From Candidatus Aminicenantes bacterium (GTDB lineage Bacteria; Acidobacteriota; Aminicenantia; S016-38): a stretch of 64,000 bases of DNA. The DNA lies in contig JAMOUJ010000005.1 of NCBI GenBank assembly GCA_027068075.1, positions 524,162 through 588,161 on the forward strand. The letters are read 5' to 3'. Position numbers and translations under genes: made by a program. The notes below the pieces were generated by a model. It saw only the letters and a list, made by a program, of their open reading frames with translations, was not told the DNA's origin and ran no database searches. Below, piece by piece: positions 57,631-64,000 of the stretch; within the stretch, counting starts at the first letter, position 1, and the number at the start of each line of letters is the position of its first letter.

Positions 57631-59134
57631 TTTTCAGAAACTCCTCGCTTAAAAATTCCTTCATCCTTTCCAGCAGGGGGGAAAGGGGGCGGTCCTCCTC
57701 CACGAAGGGTATGGTCCTTCTGATGAGGGCCAGGGCCCTTCCCGTAACCCTTCCCGGCCTTCCACCCACGAGGATGGACCTTAACTCCATCCCCTGGGCG
57801 GCGGCCATGATTTCTCCGCTCAGGACATAATGGGTGTTTTCCCCTATCTTTAAAGCCCTCCTTGCCCCCAGGGGAGCCATGCTCACATGGTCCTCCTGAT
57901 TGGCGGAGGTGGGTATTGAGTCCACCGAGGCGGGATGGGCCAGGGCCTTGTTTTCACTCACCAGGGAGGCCGCCGTGTATTGGACGATCATGAATCCGCT
58001 GTTGAGTCCCGGATTTTTGGAGAGAAAGGGCGGAAGACCGTTGTTCAGTTTGCGGTCAAGCAATCGGAAGAGCCTCCTTTCGGAGATGGATGAAAGGTAG
58101 GTCAGGGCCAGGGAGATGTTGTCCGAGGCCAGGGCCACCGGCTGGGCGTGGAAGTTTCCCCCGGAAAATACCCCCTCCTCAAAAACCAGGGGGTTGTCGG
58201 TGACGGAGTTAACTTCCCCCTCCAGTATTCTCCGGGCAAACTTCAGGGCTTCCCCCGCCGCCCCGGCCACCTGGGGATAGCATCTTAAGGAATAGGGAGC
58301 CTGGACCTCCCCCGAGGTCCCCACCAGGGAGGATCCCCGTACCATCTCCGCCACATTCTTTGCCCGGAGGGCCTGTTCCGGGATCCTTCTCAGCCGATGG
58401 ATGCCCTCAAACAGGAAGGAATCCGGAGAACCCAGGGCTTCCATGCTCATGGCCTCTGCCAGGTCCGAAAGCCGCAGGAGGTATTCCCCCCTCAACAGGG
58501 CAAATAGGGCCAGGGCCGAAGAGAAGGGAGTTCCGTTTATCAGGGAAAGGGCCTCCTTGGCCCTGAGGGGGATGGGATGGAAGCCGGTTTTTCTCACCGC
58601 TTCGTCGCCCCTCGTCCTTTTCCACTCTCCTTCCCAGAGGAAGACTTCCACCTCCTCCGGAAAACTCAGGGAGAGGGCGAAGGAAGCCAGGGGGGCCAAA
58701 TCTCCGCTGGCGCCCACGGAGCCGTATTCCTTCATGCAGGGGGAAAGGCCGCGGTTAAGGTAATCGGCCACCGCCAGGGCCAATTCCGGTCTAATTCCCG
58801 AAAACCCCGTGGTAAGGGTGTGAAGCCGTATCAAAACGGCGGCCCGGGCCACCTGGGGGGGCACAGGTTCCCCCACGCCGGCGTGATGGCTTTTTATCAG
58901 GTTTTCCTGTAATTTTTCCACATCTTCCCGGGATATTTTAAGCGAGGCCAGTTCCCCAAAGCCCGTGTTTACTCCGTATATCCTTTCCTCCATCCTGGCT
59001 TCCAGGCGTTGCCTTCCCCGGCGGATCCTTTCCAGCGTTTGTGGGCAGAGTTCCACCTTCGTCCAGGGATTTAAGGCAAAATTTCGGATTTCTTCCAGGG
59101 AAAGGTCCTGGCCGCAGAGGATGAGTTTACTCAA
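57614..59134 (-). CDS. Aromatic amino-acid ammonia-lyase (HAL/PAL/TAL) family enzyme with an MIO-forming Ala-Ser-Gly
   Basis: GSVGASGDLAPLASFAL (ASG triad) and 506 aa. Substrate not determinable; no hutU/hutI nearby. Confidence 0.85.
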   Translation of the reverse strand: MSKLILCGQDLSLEEIRNFALNPWTKVELCPQTLERIRRGRQRLEARMEERIYGVNTGFGELASLKISREDVEKLQENLIKSHHAGVGEPVPPQVARAAVLIRLHTLTTGFSGIRPELALAVADYLNRGLSPCMKEYGSVGASGDLAPLASFALSLSFPEEVEVFLWEGEWKRTRGDEAVRKTGFHPIPLRAKEALSLINGTPFSSALALFALLRGEYLLRLSDLAEAMSMEALGSPDSFLFEGIHRLRRIPEQALRAKNVAEMVRGSSLVGTSGEVQAPYSLRCYPQVAGAAGEALKFARRILEGEVNSVTDNPLVFEEGVFSGGNFHAQPVALASDNISLALTYLSSISERRLFRLLDRKLNNGLPPFLSKNPGLNSGFMIVQYTAASLVSENKALAHPASVDSIPTSANQEDHVSMAPLGARRALKIGENTHYVLSGEIMAAAQGMELRSILVGGRPGRVTGRALALIRRTIPFVEEDRPLSPLLERMKEFLSEEFLKNVLEG

Positions 59135-60044
59135 GATGCCTCCTCATGGTTTCCGCTGCCCTTTCGGGTGCCACGATGTTCACCGGAACTTCGGCTCCCC
59201 ACTCAAAGCCCGCCGGTTTCGTAAGTCTCGGCACGATTTCCATCCTCCAGTGGTAATCGGAATTCACAGAAAAGGGCTTGCTTCTTAAAATCATGTTGTA
59301 ACTGGGAAAGTCCACGGCCCGGTCCAGGGCGGCCATGGTTTTGCGGTAAACTTCGGCCAGTTCCTCCAGGATCTCATCGGAACTCTCTTCAAAACTGAGG
59401 AGGTGTTTCCTGGGGAGAATCCAGGTTTCAAAGGGAAAGGCAGAGAAGGAGGGGCAGAGGACCGTGAAGTTTTCGCTGGCAAGAACCAGGTTGGGCTTTT
59501 TCCCCTCCCTTTCAAGGAGAAGGCACACCGGACATCTCCCTTCGTAAACCTTCAATTCCCTCTGGACGGCATCCGGGACCATCCTGAGGGCTATCAACTG
59601 GGAGTGGGGATGGGAGAGGGAGGCTCCTCCCTCAGGGCCGCGGTTTTTGAAAACCAGGGCAAAGGGAAATTTTCCCTTCAGGCTGAGTAGCCTTTCCCTG
59701 TATGTTTTCAGGATCAGAAGAACCTGCTCCCGGGACATGGTACCCACGGTGGCATAGTGGTCCGGAGTCTCAATGATGACCCAGTGAACCCCATCCTGAC
59801 CTTCCACTATGGGGTATTTGTTGGGAACCACCCTCACCTTCCATCCCGTTTCCCCTTCCTCTCCGGGAATAGAGAAGACCTCCGGAGGGGTTTCTCCTTC
59901 GTTTCCGGGACAGAAGGGACAGGATGTGGGATTTCCCCGGGGGCGGTATTTAAGGTCTTCGGAGAACTGAAGGGGTCTTTCGCCCCGGTGGGGGGCTAAG
60001 ATCACCCATCTTTCCTTTACATAATCCCTTCTGAATTCACTCAT
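59127..60044 (-). CDS. GalT-like HIT-superfamily nucleotidyltransferase (galactose-1-phosphate uridylyltransferase / ADP-glucose phosphorylase type)
   Basis: N-terminal CPFCPGNE zinc motif and the SHPHSQLIA (HxHxQ) active site. Confidence 0.8.
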   Translation of the reverse strand: MSEFRRDYVKERWVILAPHRGERPLQFSEDLKYRPRGNPTSCPFCPGNEGETPPEVFSIPGEEGETGWKVRVVPNKYPIVEGQDGVHWVIIETPDHYATVGTMSREQVLLILKTYRERLLSLKGKFPFALVFKNRGPEGGASLSHPHSQLIALRMVPDAVQRELKVYEGRCPVCLLLEREGKKPNLVLASENFTVLCPSFSAFPFETWILPRKHLLSFEESSDEILEELAEVYRKTMAALDRAVDFPSYNMILRSKPFSVNSDYHWRMEIVPRLTKPAGFEWGAEVPVNIVAPERAAETMRRHLE

Positions 60045-60403
60045 ATGAATATGTTTTCGTAGTGGTTTATTTTTAGGGAGTTGCCTTCCCTGACCAGGGT
60101 TATTACATCAAACCTGCATGGAGCCAGGTCAAGGCCCCGGGAGAGGAGATAGACCTCCGCCGCCCTCCTCAGACTCCTTCTTTTTTTGGGGGTGATGGAA
60201 AAGATGGGGTCCATGAAATCGTCCCTTTCCCTGGTCCTCACCTCCACGAAAACGATCTCCCCGTCCTTTTCCGCCACCAGGTCCAGTTCTCCCCCCTTGA
60301 TGCGGAAATTTCTATCCAGAATTCTGTAACCCTTTTTCTTCAGGTATTTTTCCGCTTCCCGTTCTCCCTTTCTGCCCAGTTCTATTCTTTTATTTTTTTC
60401 CAT
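60041..60403 (-). CDS. yraN: YraN/UPF0102-family putative endonuclease
   Basis: GRKGEREAEKYLKKKGYRILDRNFR...ELDLVA...VFVEVRTR matches UPF0102. Confidence 0.85.
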   Translation of the reverse strand: MEKNKRIELGRKGEREAEKYLKKKGYRILDRNFRIKGGELDLVAEKDGEIVFVEVRTRERDDFMDPIFSITPKKRRSLRRAAEVYLLSRGLDLAPCRFDVITLVREGNSLKINHYENIFI

Positions 60404-61791
60404 CGGGTTCCTTCTTTAGTGTCCTCAAGGATTATTCCCCGCTTGAAGAGTTCGTCCCTGATTCTATCTGCGGTGGCGTAGTCCTTTCTTTTCCTCGCCT
60501 CCTCCCTTTCCTTTATCATCCTCATTATTTCCTCGGGTAGTTCCTCCACCACCCTTTCGGGAAGCACCGCCAGAACCCTGTCCAGGTCGTAGAGGAGGTT
60601 CCTGGCCCTTTGGGCGTCTCCCCTGAGGAGTTTCCCCTCCTCCATCGCCCTGTTCCCCCACCTTATAAGTTCAAAGATGGCTGCCATCCCGCCGGAGATG
60701 TTCAGGTCGTCGGCCAGGGCGGCGGTGAAATTCCTCCGGCACTCTTCAATTTTCTCCGCGGCCTCTTTCGTTTCTCCTTCGGGGAATTTTCTGGTTTCCA
60801 GTTCGTAGAGGAAATCCGTAATTCTCTTGAGGGAAGTGGTGGCCTGGTAAAGGGCCTCAAAGGTGAAGTTCAGGGTCTTGCGGTAATGGGTGGTCAGAAG
60901 AAGATACCTTATGGCCCTGGGGGAGAATCCCATGGCCAGAAGGTCCCTCAGGGTGTAAAAATTGCCCCGGGACTTGCTCATCTTTTCCCCGTCCACTATC
61001 AAGTGCTGAACATGGAACCAGTAGCGGACAAAGGGCTTTCCGGTGTAGGCTTCCGATTGGGCTATTTCGTTTTCGTGGTGGGGGAATATGTTGTCCACCC
61101 CGCCGGCGTGTATGTCCAGGGTTTCTCCCAGGTATTTCATGCTCATGGCGGAGCATTCTATGTGCCATCCGGGCCTTCCCTCGCCGAAGGGAGAGGGCCA
61201 GGAGGGTTCTCCCTCCTTTTTGGCCTTCCAAAGGGCGAAGTCCCTTACATCCTCCTTGGTGTATTCGTCCGCCTCCACCCTTACGCCGGCCTTGAGTTCT
61301 TCGGGTTTTATTTTGGAGAGTTTTCCGTATTCTGGGAAGGAGGATATCCTGAAGTAGACGGAGCCTTCCTTTATGTAGGCGTGCCCCTTTTCCAAAAGCC
61401 CCTGGATTATTTTTATCATGTCCGGGATGTGCTCCGTGGCGCGGGGGTAATAGTCGGCCCGGTCCAGTTTCAGGGTGTCTATGTCTTCAAAGAAGGCCTT
61501 TTCGTATTTTCTGGTGAACTCCCGCAGGGTTACGCCCTCCTCCCGGGCTCCCTTTATGGTCTTGTCGTCCACATCGGTTATGTTCATCACATGAATAACT
61601 TTGTATCCCAGAAACTTCAGAAACCTTTTGAGTAGGTCCTCCGCCACATAACTCCTGAAGTTTCCTATGTGGGCGTAATCGTAAACGGTGGGACCACATG
61701 TGTAAAGCCGCACTACCCCCTCCTCCAGGGGAACGAATTCCTCCACCTTTCCGGAAAGGGTGTTGTAGAGTTTAAGGGTGGTCTTTTCCAT
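60382..61791 (-). CDS. cysS: Cysteinyl-tRNA synthetase
   Basis: HIGN (HIGH variant) and KMSKS motifs. The zinc-binding Cys pattern is present. Confidence 0.95.
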   Translation of the reverse strand: MEKTTLKLYNTLSGKVEEFVPLEEGVVRLYTCGPTVYDYAHIGNFRSYVAEDLLKRFLKFLGYKVIHVMNITDVDDKTIKGAREEGVTLREFTRKYEKAFFEDIDTLKLDRADYYPRATEHIPDMIKIIQGLLEKGHAYIKEGSVYFRISSFPEYGKLSKIKPEELKAGVRVEADEYTKEDVRDFALWKAKKEGEPSWPSPFGEGRPGWHIECSAMSMKYLGETLDIHAGGVDNIFPHHENEIAQSEAYTGKPFVRYWFHVQHLIVDGEKMSKSRGNFYTLRDLLAMGFSPRAIRYLLLTTHYRKTLNFTFEALYQATTSLKRITDFLYELETRKFPEGETKEAAEKIEECRRNFTAALADDLNISGGMAAIFELIRWGNRAMEEGKLLRGDAQRARNLLYDLDRVLAVLPERVVEELPEEIMRMIKEREEARKRKDYATADRIRDELFKRGIILEDTKEGTRWKKIKE

Positions 61792-61803
61792 AAGCCCCCC
61801 TCC

Positions 61804-62274
61804 TCAGAGTTTGCTCAGTATTTCCTGTAGTTTGATTATGTGTTTCCTCTCCTCCACAATTATCTCCCGGAGTATGTCGGCGTGTTCCCTTTCCACCGAA
61901 TCCCAGAGGGAGTAGAAAAAGAGCAGGGTCTGTTTTTCAAACTCAAGGGCCTTCTTCACGGCTTCCTTGATGTCCATCTCAGGGATTTTTTCAAAATCCC
62001 ACCCGGTGGGCTTGAATATTTCGGCTTCGGCCAGGGCCTTGAGCAGGGTCTGGGCCTCTTCCCCCAGGTTCACCGGGCGTTCCCTTTTTTCGTATTCCTG
62101 TTTCAATTTCGTGTATTTCACCAGGTGTTTAGCCTCCTCCCCCCTCAGCCAGTTGAAGAAGTCCTTCAACTCTTTATCCCTGGCGTAGTCCGCCAGTTTG
62201 CCGTAAAATTCAATCCCCAATTTTTCGGTTTCTATGGCCGTTTCCAGGGCTTCAATCATAGAGAATTTTTCCAT
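61804..62274 (-). CDS. Rubrerythrin/ferritin-like four-helix-bundle diiron-type protein (no rubredoxin domain)
   Basis: Paired E...E..H helices (EFYGKLADYARDKELKDFFNWLRGEEAKH and EFEKQTLLFFYSL...EREHADILREIIVEERKH). GGAGGT lies 6 nt before ATG 62274. Confidence 0.6.
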   Translation of the reverse strand: MEKFSMIEALETAIETEKLGIEFYGKLADYARDKELKDFFNWLRGEEAKHLVKYTKLKQEYEKRERPVNLGEEAQTLLKALAEAEIFKPTGWDFEKIPEMDIKEAVKKALEFEKQTLLFFYSLWDSVEREHADILREIIVEERKHIIKLQEILSKL

Positions 62275-62295
62275 GACAATACCTCCCATCCCTTT

Positions 62296-62324
62296 ATTTT
62301 ACCCGTTTTGCGGCGGTCTCTCAA
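62296..62324 (-). promoter_or_regulatory. Canonical sigma70 promoter for the rubrerythrin-like / cysS / ... gene string
   Basis: On the minus strand: TTGAGA, a 17-nt spacer, TAAAAT, ending about 7 nt before 62289. Confidence 0.6.
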
Positions 62325-62379
62325 CTTTTAAAACTTAAAAAGTTTGACTTTTTCTCCACACCCTTAGTATGCTATTGGC

Positions 62380-63468
62380 ATGGATAAGATACTGCTTGTG
62401 GACGACGACCCTGAGGTGTCGAGCGTCCTGGGGGAGTTTTTGGAGAGGGAAGGATATCAGGTGGAGGTGGCCCACAGCGCCGAGGAGGGGGAGAGCAAAC
62501 TTAGGAAGGGCAAATTCGCCCTACTTCTTACGGACATTAGGATGGGGGGAAAATCCGGCCTTGACCTGGCCAGGGTGGCCAAGACCATAAATCCCCACAT
62601 AGAGGTTATAGTTATCTCCGCCATAAAGGACATCACCATGGCCATAGAGGCCATGAAGGCCGGAGCCTTCTCTTATTTGCTAAAGCCCTTTTACCTGGAG
62701 GAAGTGCTCTCAAGCGTAAAAAACGCCCTGGAGAGAAGGAGGCTCAGACTTCAGAACATAGAGTACAGACAACATCTGGAAATGTTAGTGGAGGAAAGGA
62801 CCAAAAAATTAAAATACGCCCTCCAGGCCCTGAGGAATTCCTACCTTGAGATCCTGAAGGTTCTGGTTACCACCCTGGACGCCCGGGATGTGGAGACCGA
62901 GGGTCATTCCGAAAGGGTGGTGGACCTGTCTCTGAAGATTGCGGAGAAAATGGGAATTACGGATCGGGACTTTCTAAGAGACCTTCGTCTGGGAGCCCTT
63001 CTCCACGACATAGGCAAGATAGGTATTCCCGACAAAATTCTGCGTAAGGAGGGAAAATTGAGCCCCTCCGAATGGGAAATTATGAAGGAGCATGTACTCA
63101 TAGGATATAAGATCGTCTCCATGGTGGACTTTCTCAAGGGGGCTTCGGAGATAGTCCTCTACCACCACGAAAGGTGGGATGGAAAGGGATATCCCCAGGG
63201 TCTGAAGGAGGAGCAGATTCCCCTGGGGGCCAGGATATTCGCCGTGGCGGATTCCTTTGACGCCATGATTCACAACAGGGTTTACCGCAGGGCCATCTCC
63301 ATAGAAGATGCCCGGGAAGAAATTCGGAGAAACAGCAGAACCCAGTTTGATCCCAGGGTGGTGGAGGCCTTTCTTTCTATTCCTCCGGAGAGGCTGGAAA
63401 GTTTCGGTGCGAAGGCGGCGCCTAAGAATATCTGGGACATACCGGAATTTATTTTAGATATGGCCTGA
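62380..63468 (+). CDS. Response regulator with an HD-GYP (c-di-GMP phosphodiesterase-type) output domain
   Basis: The REC domain has an LLLTDIRMGG phospho-acceptor Asp. HD-GYP motifs: HSERV, LLHDIGKIGIPDKIL, HHERWDGKGYPQGL. Confidence 0.9.
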   Translation: MDKILLVDDDPEVSSVLGEFLEREGYQVEVAHSAEEGESKLRKGKFALLLTDIRMGGKSGLDLARVAKTINPHIEVIVISAIKDITMAIEAMKAGAFSYLLKPFYLEEVLSSVKNALERRRLRLQNIEYRQHLEMLVEERTKKLKYALQALRNSYLEILKVLVTTLDARDVETEGHSERVVDLSLKIAEKMGITDRDFLRDLRLGALLHDIGKIGIPDKILRKEGKLSPSEWEIMKEHVLIGYKIVSMVDFLKGASEIVLYHHERWDGKGYPQGLKEEQIPLGARIFAVADSFDAMIHNRVYRRAISIEDAREEIRRNSRTQFDPRVVEAFLSIPPERLESFGAKAAPKNIWDIPEFILDMA

Positions 63469-64000
63469 TGGGCTTGCCCGAAAGGACCTCCTCCATTTCC
63501 GGTGTGTAAATCCCCTTCCTTTTCATGGGAAAGGTGTAAACTCGCCCCCTGCCCTTCCCTTTTTTAAGCAAATACATGAGGAAGCGCTCCTTCCCGTCCT
63601 CGGTGATCCTCACCACCTCCTCCATACCGAAGCCTGCCCTGTTGGCCCGGATGGAGAACTCCTCCGCTTCGGTTCCCACTATAAAATAGGCCGGGGCTCC
63701 ATCCTTGAGGTTTTCAAAGGCCGCCCTTAAAAAGTCTTCCAGGGAAGCCAGAATTTCCCATTTGCTCACCGCCACCTCCCTCCGGGGACTTATCCGGAAC
63801 CTTTTCGGGCTCAAATAGGGAGGGTTGGAAAACACGAGGTCAAATTTTTTCCCGAGGGGGGGCTTTTTCACATCGCCCAGGACCGGGTAAATCCCGGAAA
63901 AACCGTTGATTTCAATGCTCTGGCGGAGAAGGCCGAGGTAATCTTCCTGGATGTCCAGGGCGAGGATTTTTACATCAGGAAGCCTTGATTTTACCATGAG
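63449..64000 (-). CDS. SAM-dependent N6-adenine/N5-glutamine-type methyltransferase (NPPY motif; TrmN6/YfiC-like), truncated at the window end
   Basis: FDLVFSNPPYL. The expected GxGxG AdoMet-binding region must lie beyond 64000. Confidence 0.6.
   Translation of the reverse strand, partial: LMVKSRLPDVKILALDIQEDYLGLLRQSIEINGFSGIYPVLGDVKKPPLGKKFDLVFSNPPYLSPKRFRISPRREVAVSKWEILASLEDFLRAAFENLKDGAPAYFIVGTEAEEFSIRANRAGFGMEEVVRITEDGKERFLMYLLKKGKGRGRVYTFPMKRKGIYTPEMEEVLSGKPIRPYLK

Noticed and set aside
1-64000. Mobile elements, CRISPR arrays, prophage or integrase genes, selenoprotein TGA recoding
   Set aside because: No transposase, integrase or recombinase-like ORF, no direct-repeat arrays, and no in-frame TGA within otherwise conserved genes were seen. 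The window looks like stable core chromosome.

Overview
The window is a densely packed, almost entirely protein-coding stretch of bacterial chromosome. About 65 genes fall in the 64 kb, with many 4-nt start/stop overlaps and convergent stop overlaps. I could see no rRNA, tRNA, CRISPR array, insertion sequence or prophage. Protein composition (K/E/R/I-rich, G/C-ending codons, GGAGG Shine-Dalgarno sites) suggests a thermophile, but that is inference only.

Recognisable content, in order:
- a truncated RelA/SpoT-type HD gene divergent from rpoZ
- a sugar-kinase/nucleotidyltransferase pair, a CYTH protein and a polyprenyl synthase
- rpmE-prfA-prmC
- a membrane H+/Na+-pyrophosphatase
- ferredoxin and the Fe-S carrier ApbC/Mrp
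- rocD, mutL, apt
- a divergent EF-G paralog and priA
- MTA phosphorylase and a PfkB kinase
- the CCA enzyme and an M16 peptidase pair
- a nuoJKLMN membrane-arm module, flanked upstream by an unusual AAA+ ATPase and translationally coupled downstream to a DUF4388/SPOR protein
- a cNMP-binding/FHA protein next to a PPP-like phosphoesterase
- lipA, rpsU, a DUF763 protein
- the rplM-rpsI and rpsB-tsf-pyrH-frr ribosomal operon with a textbook sigma70 promoter
- a secreted GH26 hydrolase
- a roughly 14 kb co-directional gene string on the minus strand: rubrerythrin-like, cysS, yraN, galT-like, an ammonia-lyase, thyX, a glycan cluster (GT4 / O-antigen-ligase-like / GT4 / methyltransferase), a short-form metH and a yitJ-like fusion
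- an HD-GYP response regulator.

None of the candidates for uncharacterised biology is a proven system. The most plausible are the AAA+ / nuoJKLMN / SPOR operon, the cNMP-FHA plus phosphoesterase pair, and a 584-aa protein with repeated ACT-like units.
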